Shown here: piece by piece, positions 18,880-29,753 of the stretch
Position numbering within the stretch: the first letter of the stretch is position 1
Layout of the letters: every line of letters starts with the position of its first letter
Assembly: GCA_014730115.1 (NCBI GenBank)
Contig: WJIU01000032.1
Span: 1-48,989, forward strand
Direction of reading: 5' to 3'
DNA from: Candidatus Micrarchaeota archaeon
GTDB lineage: Archaea; Micrarchaeota; Micrarchaeia; Anstonellales; Bilamarchaeaceae
DNA length: 48,989 nt
The notes under the pieces: generated by a model
What the model was told of the DNA's origin: nothing
The model's input: only the letters and a program-made list of their open reading frames with translations
Databases searched by the model: none
Position numbers and translations under genes: made by a program

Positions 18880-19827
18880 ATGCAAATCATTAAAGGCAGC
18901 AATGGCCAGGGAGGATTCCGGCGTAAACCCGGAAAAGCGCTGGACAGGAAGCTCCCGGCAACCAGTTCCATGCAGCTTCTTGACAAAATCAGAGGCTCCT
19001 CCAATATCTGCATGGCAATCCGCGAAGTCTGCCATGGTTATGTGGAAAGAGAGCAGGTAAAATCCCTGAAAGATGAAGCCCCCCTGGCCGCGTATGCATG
19101 TGCAAGGGCGGTTCAGAAAGGGGAAACCGATTATCTTATCAGCCGGATTTTCTCTACTTCCTCCCAGATGGGACAGCACCAGAGGGCAATAGTCTTTTCG
19201 CCAGGAGAGACCAGCTCAGATGATGACATCAAGAAGAATCTCAGGGAAATAATCCATGGTCTTGCTGAGCTTTATCACTCAACGGGAGAAGAAAGGCTTG
19301 GACTTGTTTCCCCGGCAACCCTTACCAGGCAGTTTCAGGTAAACCAGGTGAATTCCATAACAGTGCTTAATCAGGTGAATTTTGTCAGATGCCGCTTTGG
19401 CAGTGTTATGGACAATCCCCAGATAAAAAAAGAAATCTCAGTATCCCACGGGACACTGAAAGACCCCCTGCTCCGGATTGTATACCGCCCCCATGAAACC
19501 GAGCCAAAGCAGTACTATGCAGAGCTTACTATGTCCTATTCAGAGGAAAGAACGGCCCAAAGGGCAAATGGAATGGTTGTCACCTCGTCCAGAAAAACCG
19601 AGCTTACTATCCTTACCCCGCCTCTTCTTGAGGGAAATGGGTATTACCTGGGAAAGGCAGTGGAAGAAACCGGAAATATCCCGTTTACCGAGATTCTCCC
19701 CCGCTCTTCTACTCTTCACCAGTGCATTTCCAGAAAGCAGTTTCTTGTTTATGGCACAGATGGTAAGATGGTGCTGGCAGACATAGGGCCTGCCTCTCTT
19801 TTCCAGAAAATCAACTCAGGATTTTGA
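18880..19827 (+). CDS. Hypothetical protein
   Basis: 315-aa ORF with its own upstream TTTTAAAA; no recognised motif. Confidence 0.65.
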   Translation: MQIIKGSNGQGGFRRKPGKALDRKLPATSSMQLLDKIRGSSNICMAIREVCHGYVEREQVKSLKDEAPLAAYACARAVQKGETDYLISRIFSTSSQMGQHQRAIVFSPGETSSDDDIKKNLREIIHGLAELYHSTGEERLGLVSPATLTRQFQVNQVNSITVLNQVNFVRCRFGSVMDNPQIKKEISVSHGTLKDPLLRIVYRPHETEPKQYYAELTMSYSEERTAQRANGMVVTSSRKTELTILTPPLLEGNGYYLGKAVEETGNIPFTEILPRSSTLHQCISRKQFLVYGTDGKMVLADIGPASLFQKINSGF

Positions 19828-20538
19828 TTTTCCCAGTACAACCATATAAACCGTTTCCCGGTCTTCAAGCTCCAGCAGCCGGCCGACTCTGCCTGTTTCA
19901 AAGCCCCCTACCGGGACTGCTTCTATTCCCAGCGAAACAGCCTCCAGCAGCATATTCTGGGCAATATGCCCTGCTTCAATAAGTATGAAGTCCCTCCACC
20001 TCTCCTGGTATTTCCAGGATATCCTGTCCGGAACCCCCACCAAAACAACCACTGCAGCGCCATCCCGGACATGGGCCTGGTTGTAGGACATTCCATAAAG
20101 CTCGTCATTGAACCTGCCTTCTTTTACCAGGACAAGCTTGTGCTCCTCGGGAAGGTATCTGTAGATGCCGCATGATGCATTCTCTACGCGGTTGGGGACA
20201 AGATAAAGGTCCACCGGATAAAGCGCACCTGCGGAAGGGGCGGTCCTGAATCCACTTTCGCTGGTTGTGCCGTCTCCTGCCCAGAGCAGCACCGAAAGCT
20301 CTTCCAGGGTAATCTCTTCGGAAGAGTATTCCCGCACCGACCTTCTGTTTTCAAGGGTGGTTTCAAGGTTTTCCCCCTGATAATCAGGAGAAGGAAGTAC
20401 AATCTCCGTCTGCCCGGGATATTCGGTGCATGTGGCCGGGGCTTCTTTTCTTTCTTCAGGAAACAGAAAAGGAAATGCCAGGATGGCAAGCATTGCTATT
20501 ATGCAAAAAACCAGGATTGCGACATATTGCCCGTCCAT
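19816..20538 (-). CDS. SagB/ThcOx-type nitroreductase family protein with N-terminal membrane anchor
   Basis: RRSVREY, LSVLLWA, RTAPSAGALYP, EAGHIAQN. Confidence 0.88.
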   Translation of the reverse strand: MDGQYVAILVFCIIAMLAILAFPFLFPEERKEAPATCTEYPGQTEIVLPSPDYQGENLETTLENRRSVREYSSEEITLEELSVLLWAGDGTTSESGFRTAPSAGALYPVDLYLVPNRVENASCGIYRYLPEEHKLVLVKEGRFNDELYGMSYNQAHVRDGAAVVVLVGVPDRISWKYQERWRDFILIEAGHIAQNMLLEAVSLGIEAVPVGGFETGRVGRLLELEDRETVYMVVLGKSKS

Positions 20539-20568
20539 AGGATGAAAATCAGGCCAAAAGATAAAAGG

Positions 20569-22989
20569 CTACTCTTTCTCCGGCTCCTCCTTTTCTTCCT
20601 GCGGAACCACAGTGAATGTTGCGACCTTTTCCCCTTCTGCCAGCCGGATAATCCTTACTCCCAGGGTGTTCCTGCCGATTACCGAAATGTCCTTGACGTA
20701 CGTCCTGATTGCCTGCCCCTGGTCGGTCATTACTATTATTTCATCGGTTTCATCTACTGCAGCCACCCGTATCACATCACCGTTCCTGCCTTCGGTTTTG
20801 ATGTTTATTACTCCGGAGCCGCCCCTTGACTGAAGCCGGTAGTCATCGATTGCAGTTCTTTTTCCGTAGCCGTTTTCAGTTACTGTAAGCAGGGCCGGCT
20901 TCCAGTATACCGCACTGCCCACTACTTCATCGTCTTCAGACTTCAGCCTTATTCCGATAACCCCCTGGCCGGTACGGCCGATTTCCCGGGCGTCGGTTTC
21001 CCTGAACCTTATTGCCTGCCCTTTCTTTGTTGCTATGAGGACCTCCTGTTTTCCGTCTGTTTTCCTGACCTCTACCAGCCGGTCCCCTTCCTTCAGGGTT
21101 ATCGCAATGATCCCTCCCCGCCTGACATTCTTGAAATTCTCCAGCGCGGTTCTTTTGACGGTTCCCTTCTTTGTAAACATCATCAGGAACTCTCCGGTGT
21201 CAAACCTGTCCACACTTACCCAGGAAGTAACCTTCTCGTCCTTGAGGTCAAGCAGGCTGACCAGCGTCTTTCCGGTCGAATACCGGCTTCCTTCCGGAGC
21301 CTTGTAGACCTTCATCCAGAACACCCTGCCCTTGTCTGTGAACAGCATGAGGTAGTCATGGTTCTTGGTAACTATGACATCCTGGATAACGTCCTCTTCT
21401 TTGGTTCCTGCTCCGATTATGCCTTTGCCTCCGCGGTGCTGGGTGCGGTATTCGTCCAGCCCTACCCTTTTGATGTAGCCGCGGTTGGTTATGACAACCA
21501 CCACATCCTCATTGGGAATGAGCGCCTCTATGTCCAGGTCCTCTTCGCCTTCTATGATTTCAGTGCGCCTTTCATCCCCGTATTTTTCCTTGACTTCATT
21601 CAGCTCGTCTTTGATAATGGCCAGAATCTTTCCTGTATCGGCAAGCACTTCCTTAAGCCAGGCTATCTTTTTGACCAGCTCCCGGTACTCGGCTTCAATC
21701 TTTTCTCTTTCCAGCGCTATCAGCTTGGACAACCTCATCTCCAGGATTGCGCTGGCCTGCTTTTCGCTGAGTGAATAGTTCCGCATCAGCCCCCCCCTTG
21801 CTTCTTCCACATCCTTGGACTTTCGGAGGAAATCAACTACAGACTCTATATTTTCCAGGGCAATCCTGAGCCCTTCCAGGAGATGGGCCCTTTCCTGCGC
21901 TTCCCGGAGTTCAAACTCTGAGCGCCTTCTGACAATCTCCTTTCTGAACTCTATGAACTCAGTTATTATATCATAAAGGGGCATAACCTTGGGCTGCTTG
22001 CCGCATATCGCAAGGTTGATTATTCCGAAGGTCGACTGAAGCGGGGTATGGGCGTAAAGCTGGTTGGTAACCACGTCGGGGTCATAGCCTTTTTTCAGGT
22101 CGATAATGACTTCCATGCCTTCCTTGTCAGAGCGGTCGTGTATGCCGGAGATGCCCTCCACTTTCTTTTGCTTGACTGCCTTGACAATTGATTCAATCAG
22201 GGAGGTTTTTGCAAGCTGGTAGGGTATCTCCCGTATTGTAAGGGTGTTCTTATTCTCATCCTTTTCCACCCTTCCCCTGACCTTTACAATGCCCCTGCCA
22301 TGCCTGTAGGCATGCACTATCCCTGCCCTTCCCACGATTTTTCCGCCGGTCGGGAAGTCAGGCCCATGGACGATGCTGAGCAGGTCAGTCTCTTCAGCAC
22401 CGTCTATTACTGCAATTATTCCACCTACCACTTCGCTGAGGTTGTGCGGGGGTATGTTGGTGGCCATCCCCACTGCGATTCCTGAAGAGCCATTGACAAG
22501 AAGGTTCGGTATCTTGGAAGGCAGAACGTCCGGCTCTTTCATTGTGCCGTCAAAATTGTCCGACCATTCCACAGTTTCCTTTTCCAGGTCAGAAAGAAGC
22601 TCGGCGGCCATCTTGGCCATCCTTACCTCAGTGTACCTCATTGCAGCGGCATTGTCACCGTCAATGGAGCCCATGTTTCCCTGGCCGTCTACCAGGGGGT
22701 ATCTCAGAGAAAAGGGCTGGGCCATCCTCACCAGTGAATCGTAGATTGCCATGTCGCCATGGGGATGGTACTTACCAAGGGCTTCACCCACAATCCTTGC
22801 ACTCTTCTTGTGCGGTTTACTGTAGGTATTCCCCAGCTCGTGCATCGCATACAACACCCTCCGGTGAACCGGTTTCAGGCCGTCCCTGACATCAGGTATG
22901 GCCCTGCCTATGATTACTGACATTGCATAGTCGAGGTAGCTCTCTTTCATGTCCTTCTCGATAGTCCTTTCCAGTATTCTTTCGGCCAT
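20569..22989 (-). CDS. gyrA: DNA gyrase subunit A
   Basis: [26 protein letters not shown] catalytic Tyr, GyrA-box QHRGGKG, beta-pinwheel repeats. Confidence 0.97.
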   Translation of the reverse strand: MAERILERTIEKDMKESYLDYAMSVIIGRAIPDVRDGLKPVHRRVLYAMHELGNTYSKPHKKSARIVGEALGKYHPHGDMAIYDSLVRMAQPFSLRYPLVDGQGNMGSIDGDNAAAMRYTEVRMAKMAAELLSDLEKETVEWSDNFDGTMKEPDVLPSKIPNLLVNGSSGIAVGMATNIPPHNLSEVVGGIIAVIDGAEETDLLSIVHGPDFPTGGKIVGRAGIVHAYRHGRGIVKVRGRVEKDENKNTLTIREIPYQLAKTSLIESIVKAVKQKKVEGISGIHDRSDKEGMEVIIDLKKGYDPDVVTNQLYAHTPLQSTFGIINLAICGKQPKVMPLYDIITEFIEFRKEIVRRRSEFELREAQERAHLLEGLRIALENIESVVDFLRKSKDVEEARGGLMRNYSLSEKQASAILEMRLSKLIALEREKIEAEYRELVKKIAWLKEVLADTGKILAIIKDELNEVKEKYGDERRTEIIEGEEDLDIEALIPNEDVVVVITNRGYIKRVGLDEYRTQHRGGKGIIGAGTKEEDVIQDVIVTKNHDYLMLFTDKGRVFWMKVYKAPEGSRYSTGKTLVSLLDLKDEKVTSWVSVDRFDTGEFLMMFTKKGTVKRTALENFKNVRRGGIIAITLKEGDRLVEVRKTDGKQEVLIATKKGQAIRFRETDAREIGRTGQGVIGIRLKSEDDEVVGSAVYWKPALLTVTENGYGKRTAIDDYRLQSRGGSGVINIKTEGRNGDVIRVAAVDETDEIIVMTDQGQAIRTYVKDISVIGRNTLGVRIIRLAEGEKVATFTVVPQEEKEEPEKE

Positions 22990-22995
22990 AGCGCA

Positions 22996-25971
22996 TCAGA
23001 TGTCGAGGTTCTTAACCTGAACCGCATTTTCCTCAATAAATTCCCTTCTGGGCTCTACTGCATCGCCCATCAGAATCGTGAACAGCTCATCAGCCACAAT
23101 TGCATCCTCAATGGTTACCTTTTTCAGCGTCCTTGTCTCGGGACTCATGGTGGTTTCCCAGAGCTGGCCGGGATTCATTTCCCCAAGGCCCTTGTATCTC
23201 TGGATGGATGCGTTCTCCCCTACCTCTGCAAGCACCTTTTCCAGCTCCTGGTCAGTGTATGCATAGCGTATGCCCTTCCCCTTTTTTATGCGGTAAAGGG
23301 GCGGCTGGGCAATGTAGAGGTATCCCTTCTCTATTATCTCCCGGAAGTATCTGTAGAACAGAGTAAGCAGGAGTGTCCGGATGTGGGACCCGTCCACATC
23401 TGCGTCAACCATGATTATTATTTTGTGATACCTAAGCTTTGAAATGTCAAAGTCTTCCTTGAAGCCGGCACCCAGAGACATTACCACGTTCTTTATTTCT
23501 TCACTGTTCAGCACCTTGTGCATCGGCGCCTTTTCCACATTGAGTATCTTCCCCCGCAGGGGAAGAATAGCCTGGTATCCCCGGTCCCTTGCCTGCTTGG
23601 AGCTATTATGTACGAACATACCGCTTGCCAGGGCAAAGTTATGCGTTTCCTCTACCTCCAAATCATAAACATCTATTCTCTCTTCGACTTGTCCGATTCG
23701 CTGGATTTTATGGTTATAGCATTTAATGTGTTGATGCATGGCGTTCTCGTTGTTATCAAAGAATCTTTCACATATGGTATCATAGCGGAGAAGGGCCTTG
23801 TCACTCCTTCTCATTCTTTCTTTTTGGTAGTTTTCCTGGGTTATCCCGCCCTCTCTTTCATACAATTCTCTCATGACTGCAATGGCTCTTGCCTTATAAC
23901 TCCTGTCATATGCTTTTTTCCTTGTTTTTCTGAACTTTGCAGTCCATTGTGATTCTGTTTTTTCTTTCCTCCATTCAATCAACGCATTATCTTCCCATTG
24001 TTTCTTTGCCCCTTCACTTAGCATTTTCCTCATTTTTGGCTTTTTCATTGTCGCACTAATCCTTTTTCGATATTCCTTGCTTTGGTGTGATTTTCTGATC
24101 GCTTCGGGTACCTCCGGTCTTTTCATAGTCTCCTTTATCTGATTTGCATGAAGCTCAAGGTGCTCTTTCTTGCCCATCCTTAACAAATTGCTGGGATTAT
24201 TATTTCGTTTATCAAAGTCAATATGGTGGACGCAGGAAGTTTTCCTTTTCTTGTATTTGCCGGTATCAAGGTTATATCTATCCCCAAGCAGATGTGTGAA
24301 TATCCATCTGCCTTCTTTGGGGTCAAAGACAAGCTCATAACCCTTTATCGTGATTCTCTTGCCTAATTTTGAATGTTGTCTATAGAGCGGCATTAGGGAT
24401 ATTTTTTCATTTAATTCATCTGCCCTTCTGTAGGAACCATCGCGTAGCATAAACAGGTGGTCTGGGGTGCAAATAATCTCTTCGCTTGCATCTGTTACAA
24501 TTCTTATCACTTTTGCGTTTCTTCGTGTAATCCTTGGTTCTTTTATTGGCGCAATCCCAATTCTCCCGTCCTTTAGAATGGTGTAGCAGAAATTCTGTTT
24601 ACCCTGTTTGTGTTCTTCAACAAGTTCCCTAAAACTAAGATTCCGTCCGTCTGCCAATGCAACCCTGGTTTCTCCCGAAAAACATCCTCCGGCCGAATCG
24701 CCTTCCACCAGGTAAAGCTCTGCCTTTTCAGGGTCCTGCTCGCTGCAGTCTGCAAGCTTGCCCGGCAGCAGGCTGCTCTCAAATACAGTCTTCCTTCTGA
24801 TGAGTTCCTTTGCTTTCTGAGCTGCCTCCCGCGCCTCCAGGGAACTGATAATCTTCTGGGCAATGGCCTTTGCCTCAATCGGGTGCTCCTCCAGATAGGT
24901 TTTGAGATTGTCATAAACCACGCTGTCTACAATGCCCCTGATTTCACTGTTTCCCAGCTTGGTCTTGGTCTGGCCTTCGAACTGCGGCTCCGGAACCCGG
25001 AGGCTAATCACTGCAGTAAGCCCCTCGCTTGCATCGTTGCCGGTAATCCTTCTGTCTTCCTTGACAAGATTGCCGGATTTGATATAATCATTCATTGCCC
25101 TGGTGAGAGCAGTCCTGAAACCGGTCAGGTGGGTTCCGCCTTCAATAGTCTTGATGTTGTTTACAAAACTGTAAACCATATCGTTGTACGTGTCGGTATA
25201 CTGTATTGCTACCTCAATTTCCACACCGTCTGCCTTTTTTTCAAAATAAAATGGCTCGTGGAGCATGTTGCGGGCCTTGTTAAGATGCCCTACAAATTCC
25301 ACTATCCCCCCTCTGTAGACAAACTCCCCCTTTTTTCCGGCTCTTTCGTCCTCAAGAACTATCCTGAGGCCTTTGTTCAGGAAGGCAAGCTCCATCAGCC
25401 TTTCCTTCAGGTAATCATAGTCGAACTCGAGCACTGTGAAGATTCCAGGGTCGGGCTTGAACCTGACTACTGTCCCCCGGTACCGGGTTTCTCCGGCGGT
25501 CTGGGCCTCCTGCGTCAGCTTTCCCTTGTTGTACCCTATGGTGTATATTTTCCCTTCGCGGTGGACCTCGATATTCATCCATTCGGAAAGGGCGTTGACA
25601 ACACTCATGCCCACCCCATGCAGGCCTCCGGAAACCTGATATGCCTTTTTGGCAAATTTTCCCCCGGCATGCAGGGAGCTGGAAACAACTTCCAGGGCTG
25701 ATTTGCCGGACTTGTGCCTGTCAATCGGAATGCCCCTTCCATCATCCCTGATTTTCACCGAACCGTCCTTTTTCAGGGCAATCTCCACCATGCTGCAATA
25801 GCCGGCAAGGGCCTCATCTATGCTGTTGTCCACGATTTCGTAAATCAGGTGGTGGAGCCCTCTTTTGACGGTGTCTCCGATGTACATCCCGGGTCTTCTC
25901 CTGACTCCTTCCAGGCCCTCAAGAACTTGTATTTCTTTGGCCGTATAACCTTCTTCCCTTTCCATGAGCAT
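22996..25971 (-). CDS. gyrB: DNA gyrase subunit B, intein-containing
   Basis: RPGMYIG, EIVDNSIDE, DDGRGIP, GLHGVG, EGDSAGG / PLRGKILN, DADVDG, QRYKGLGEM. Confidence 0.97.
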   Translation of the reverse strand: MLMEREEGYTAKEIQVLEGLEGVRRRPGMYIGDTVKRGLHHLIYEIVDNSIDEALAGYCSMVEIALKKDGSVKIRDDGRGIPIDRHKSGKSALEVVSSSLHAGGKFAKKAYQVSGGLHGVGMSVVNALSEWMNIEVHREGKIYTIGYNKGKLTQEAQTAGETRYRGTVVRFKPDPGIFTVLEFDYDYLKERLMELAFLNKGLRIVLEDERAGKKGEFVYRGGIVEFVGHLNKARNMLHEPFYFEKKADGVEIEVAIQYTDTYNDMVYSFVNNIKTIEGGTHLTGFRTALTRAMNDYIKSGNLVKEDRRITGNDASEGLTAVISLRVPEPQFEGQTKTKLGNSEIRGIVDSVVYDNLKTYLEEHPIEAKAIAQKIISSLEAREAAQKAKELIRRKTVFESSLLPGKLADCSEQDPEKAELYLVEGDSAGGCFSGETRVALADGRNLSFRELVEEHKQGKQNFCYTILKDGRIGIAPIKEPRITRRNAKVIRIVTDASEEIICTPDHLFMLRDGSYRRADELNEKISLMPLYRQHSKLGKRITIKGYELVFDPKEGRWIFTHLLGDRYNLDTGKYKKRKTSCVHHIDFDKRNNNPSNLLRMGKKEHLELHANQIKETMKRPEVPEAIRKSHQSKEYRKRISATMKKPKMRKMLSEGAKKQWEDNALIEWRKEKTESQWTAKFRKTRKKAYDRSYKARAIAVMRELYEREGGITQENYQKERMRRSDKALLRYDTICERFFDNNENAMHQHIKCYNHKIQRIGQVEERIDVYDLEVEETHNFALASGMFVHNSSKQARDRGYQAILPLRGKILNVEKAPMHKVLNSEEIKNVVMSLGAGFKEDFDISKLRYHKIIIMVDADVDGSHIRTLLLTLFYRYFREIIEKGYLYIAQPPLYRIKKGKGIRYAYTDQELEKVLAEVGENASIQRYKGLGEMNPGQLWETTMSPETRTLKKVTIEDAIVADELFTILMGDAVEPRREFIEENAVQVKNLDI
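23605..24684 (-). mobile_element. Intein (360 aa, residues 430-789 of GyrB) with HNH homing endonuclease domain
   Basis: Begins CFSGET after EGDSAGG, has block B CTPDH, HNH motif 'VHHIDFDKRNNNPSNL..H..LH', ends VYDLEV..HNF..VHN followed by Ser; visibly more AT-rich than the exteins. Confidence 0.95.
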
Positions 25972-26117
25972 TACCGCTGTTATCCTATCCAGATTTACGT
26001 CGATAAAGAGCGCTGTCCGAACAACAGAAAAACATTGTTAAATAGTCTTTAAATTGCTTTGTTTTTATCGCTAAAAAGTGCAAGATGAAGGCGGGCAACC
26101 AGTGTTGTTTTTGGCCA

Positions 26118-28385
26118 TCAAACCCCTTCAAAAACCTTGGATTTTTCCTTCCACTGCCTGACTGCTTCATTGAATTTTTCCCGCTTGACGAAGAGCATTG
26201 AATCCATGCCCTTGTTGCGCAGCAGCACCAGAACAATCTGCTGCCCGACTGAAACAAAGCTCTGGGGCGAATGCTGGCCAAGGTTCTTTGCAAGTGAGCC
26301 CAGGTAAGACCTCAGCTTAAGGGAAAGGGCAGTTACAACAGTATTTTTGCCGTCCGAGAATTCGGAAAGCACCACCTTCTCATTCTTTATCACTATGACC
26401 CCCCTAATCAGCCCCTTTCCCATCAATTCCCTGACTGTTTTTTCAGGAGTTACCTTGATTTTCTTTATTGCGTCCCTTTCCAGGAGAAGCCCTTCTTCCT
26501 TGGCATAACGCGCCAGGGCCCAGGTTCTCAGCGATGCGGGAATTGTGACAAGCGAACTTACATAAACCTCTTCCTGCTCTTCCAAGAGCTTGGAAATTGT
26601 TTCCTTCCATTTTTCCCAGTTTTCATCTGCCAGTTTTTTCTTTTCCTCCAGGCTGTTTATTGCCCGGTCTGCCTTTGTCAGATATTCATTGATAAGGGTC
26701 TTGGTACGCGGGGTCATGTCCTTGGTGAGAGAATCAATGTTTATGCCTTTCAGGGAAGCATATGCATCATATTCCTTTCCCACGTCAAAATTTTCTTTGC
26801 TGTATTCATCGACAAGCTGGCTGAGAAGGCGGATTCTTTCCTTAAGCTTGTCTGCCTTGGCAAGGAATGCCTGCTTCTCGCTTTTCATCACGTTTCCGTA
26901 TACCTTTTCCAGCAGTATTATCTTTCCGAGGTTCTCGGCAGAAAGATAGGCCATGAGCACACCGAACATTATAAGTACTATGCCAACGGCCCCCTCGCCG
27001 TTCTGGGCCAGGAAACCAACAGATTCCATTAGTTCCGGCGGCTCAAGAGTGGGGGTTGCCAGGAATATCGATACCCCTATGCCCAATGCAAGGAATACCG
27101 CAGCAATAACGATGTCGCTTTTCCACCTTACCTCGGTCCTTCCAAATGCCTTTCTGAACCCGGTAGTGAAAGAGGCTCCTGCCAGCTTTTGGCTTGCAAG
27201 GGTAAAAAGGACGATTACTATGTTGTATGCAAGAAACAGCGCTGAGAGCAGGGTTCCGAGGGCAATCCCCATCGCCAGATAATAATTGCCGGTTATGCCC
27301 CAGAACAGCTGAAATATCATATTAACGGGAATGAGCCCGCTAAGGTCGATTTTTCTTACCTTGAGGTCAGGGTTTTCAAGGGAGGCAACCAGAGTTTCCG
27401 GCGGTGTATCAGATTCAAATTCATATACGAGAAGGTAGCCCTCTCCTGATGCCTGGTCTGAGGTCCAGCTCAGCCGGACATTCCCGCTGCTTTCTGTTGC
27501 AACTACCTTCTGGATTGAGGAAATCTCCTGGGTATTCTGGACAGATGCAACTGGCAGGGTGTCAGTTAACCCTACTCCGCCTGTTTCAACCCCGAGCCCG
27601 CTTTTGTCTTTGGGTTCGGTCGGCTTTACCGAAAGCATAATGCGGTAATGGTAGCCGCACGCTTCAGTGCGGTAGTTCCCGATTTTTTCTGCTGCATCAG
27701 TGAGATGCTCTACTCCGAAATCAGAGGCGTCGCAGAGGTCTATTTCAGGATGAACATAGAGGGGATTGGTGTTGATGTCGGCAATGCTGGCAACTATGTC
27801 CCGGGTCTTCCTAAGAAAGCTGTTTCTGTCCTCATCAGTGGTTTCCCGGAGGTCAAACACCATTCTTCTTGCATCCAGGGTAAGGGAGCTTATTTCGTTG
27901 TTGGACTGCACGTAGGAAATCATTGCCCCGGCCAGCTCATCCTCATATGCCTCTGCAACATTTCTGCATTTGAGGGAAGCGCTGGAGCAGAGCCGGCTGC
28001 AGGTCTGTACGTCGGAGCACACCACCTTGGCAAGGCCTATTTTGTTGCTGCAGGCGTTGTCTGCCTGCTTTCTGCTCTGGGAAAACTCCTCCAGGCTCTG
28101 GTCGGCAATAAGCAGGTCAACATCAGTGAGATTGGGATTTATCGAGGTATAGGTGGCCGTCGTCCGGGTGGTTACAGTTACCATTCTTTTGACTTCCATT
28201 CCACTTTCCTGGACAGTATAAGGTGCAAACGAGTAAATCCTGTAGTCTCGGATTCCGTCCTGGTCAAGGTCAAATTCCTGGGCCTCGGCCAGCTGTTCAG
28301 ATTTTGTTCCTTCAAACGTTTTTTCCTCGATGCATCCAAAGCTCAGCAAGAGTACCGCAAACAGGAGCAGCAGTGGCCAGCGCAT
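26118..28385 (-). CDS. Large hypothetical membrane lipoprotein (extracellular domain, about 3-4 TM, coiled coil, C-terminal roadblock/longin-like domain)
   Basis: Signal LLSFGC, Cys cluster, hydrophobic segments, K/E-rich helix, terminal alpha/beta pattern. Confidence 0.75.
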   Translation of the reverse strand: MRWPLLLLFAVLLLSFGCIEEKTFEGTKSEQLAEAQEFDLDQDGIRDYRIYSFAPYTVQESGMEVKRMVTVTTRTTATYTSINPNLTDVDLLIADQSLEEFSQSRKQADNACSNKIGLAKVVCSDVQTCSRLCSSASLKCRNVAEAYEDELAGAMISYVQSNNEISSLTLDARRMVFDLRETTDEDRNSFLRKTRDIVASIADINTNPLYVHPEIDLCDASDFGVEHLTDAAEKIGNYRTEACGYHYRIMLSVKPTEPKDKSGLGVETGGVGLTDTLPVASVQNTQEISSIQKVVATESSGNVRLSWTSDQASGEGYLLVYEFESDTPPETLVASLENPDLKVRKIDLSGLIPVNMIFQLFWGITGNYYLAMGIALGTLLSALFLAYNIVIVLFTLASQKLAGASFTTGFRKAFGRTEVRWKSDIVIAAVFLALGIGVSIFLATPTLEPPELMESVGFLAQNGEGAVGIVLIMFGVLMAYLSAENLGKIILLEKVYGNVMKSEKQAFLAKADKLKERIRLLSQLVDEYSKENFDVGKEYDAYASLKGINIDSLTKDMTPRTKTLINEYLTKADRAINSLEEKKKLADENWEKWKETISKLLEEQEEVYVSSLVTIPASLRTWALARYAKEEGLLLERDAIKKIKVTPEKTVRELMGKGLIRGVIVIKNEKVVLSEFSDGKNTVVTALSLKLRSYLGSLAKNLGQHSPQSFVSVGQQIVLVLLRNKGMDSMLFVKREKFNEAVRQWKEKSKVFEGV

Positions 28386-28423
28386 GTGAAACATTTATTA
28401 GTGTTCTTTTAAAACCTTATTGT

Positions 28424-29689
28424 ATGGGAAAACAGCTTCTTTCCGACGTTCTTTCTGTAATCAAACCAAACCTCCGGGAACTGGGGGAAGAAACAAGGTT
28501 TGCAGCCGAGCTTGTAGACAGAATCAGTAAAAACGCACCTCCGGACACAAACGTGGTTCTTACCGGTTCAATAGCCAAAAAGACGTTTCTTCGGCACCAC
28601 AGGGATATAGATGTGTTTATTCTATTCAGCCGCTCGGTGCCAAAAGAAAAGCTGGGGCCTGCAGTAAGGGAAGTCATGGTTTCGGCGTTCCCGAAGACAG
28701 GTTATCAGCTGAGTTATGCTGAGCACCCCTATATTCGTTTCCATTATAAGGGCAGGAAGGTGGACCTGGTACCTGCCTACAGGATTTCAAAAGCCGAAGA
28801 AAGGATGAGTGCGGTGGACCGGTCGGTGCTCCACACCAGATATGTCAAAAAGCATCTTAGCGCAGAACAGCGGGATGATGTCCTTCTCCTGAAGCAGTTT
28901 CTCAGGGCCAATGAGATATATGGAGCCGAAATAAAAATCAAGGGCTTTTCCGGATATCTTTGCGAGCTCCTTATCATAAAATACGGCAGCTTCCCCAGAC
29001 TGGTGAAGGCTGCGGCTAAATGGAAACCCCCGGTTTTCATTGACCTGGAAAAGTATCACAGCAAAAAAAACATCCCGCACGCGATTGGGCGCTTTGGGGA
29101 TTTTGTGGTAATAGACCCAACTGATTCAGAGAGGAATGTTGCAGCGGCAGTCTCAACGGACAATTTCAGGAAGTTTATTTCCCTCTGCAGGTCCTTTATC
29201 AAGAAGCCTTCCAAGAGGCTGTTCTTCAGAAAGCCTCTCAGTTTCGAGCAAAGGCTTTCCAGGGCCAGAGGAAATCACAAGCTTGTGGTTTCCATGCCGC
29301 GGCCAGACGTGGTGGACGATGTTCTGTGGGGCCAGCTCCACCGGCTGATAAGGATGCTGAGCAACCATCTTTCGGAATTCAAGCCAAAAAAGATTATTGC
29401 AGATGACAGCAGACATCTGGTGCGCTTGGGGATAGTACTGGAAAAAGGGAAACTTTCCCCCAGGATGCTGGTACCCGGCCCCCCCCTGGAGATGAAAGAG
29501 AATGTAAAACGATTCAAATCCAGGCACCGCGGCGCTAAATTCATCAAAAAGAAAAACAGGCTGTATGCAGAGAGAAAGCGGCCGGCAAGGGAGGCTGAAA
29601 CCGCGATGAAAATGTTCTTCAGGAAATTCAGCGAGTCCGATTCACACCTTGCTTATCCGGAAGAGATGGTTGTTATACGGGTCCAGTAA
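28424..29689 (+). CDS. cca: CCA-adding enzyme (archaeal class I)
   Basis: GSIAKKTFL..DIDVF, YAEHPY, VDLVP, SAVDRS, YGAE..GFSGYLCELL, IDPTD..RNVAAA. Confidence 0.93.
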   Translation: MGKQLLSDVLSVIKPNLRELGEETRFAAELVDRISKNAPPDTNVVLTGSIAKKTFLRHHRDIDVFILFSRSVPKEKLGPAVREVMVSAFPKTGYQLSYAEHPYIRFHYKGRKVDLVPAYRISKAEERMSAVDRSVLHTRYVKKHLSAEQRDDVLLLKQFLRANEIYGAEIKIKGFSGYLCELLIIKYGSFPRLVKAAAKWKPPVFIDLEKYHSKKNIPHAIGRFGDFVVIDPTDSERNVAAAVSTDNFRKFISLCRSFIKKPSKRLFFRKPLSFEQRLSRARGNHKLVVSMPRPDVVDDVLWGQLHRLIRMLSNHLSEFKPKKIIADDSRHLVRLGIVLEKGKLSPRMLVPGPPLEMKENVKRFKSRHRGAKFIKKKNRLYAERKRPAREAETAMKMFFRKFSESDSHLAYPEEMVVIRVQ

Positions 29690-29753
29690 AAAACATATTT
29701 TTAAATTTATATACACATAATGATTCAATACTGCTCTTTTTAGAGTGATTGAT

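Noticed and set aside
19816-20538. SagB-like gene as a sign of a RiPP (TOMM) cluster
   Set aside because: No YcaO, precursor peptide or transporter nearby; stand-alone nitroreductases of this type are common in archaea.
24610-25701. 363-aa ORF on + strand, and similar long antisense ORFs (7537-8292, 27648-28412, 36273-37025, 35337-36077)
   Set aside because: They lie wholly opposite well-supported genes, have no motifs, and look like codon-bias shadows.
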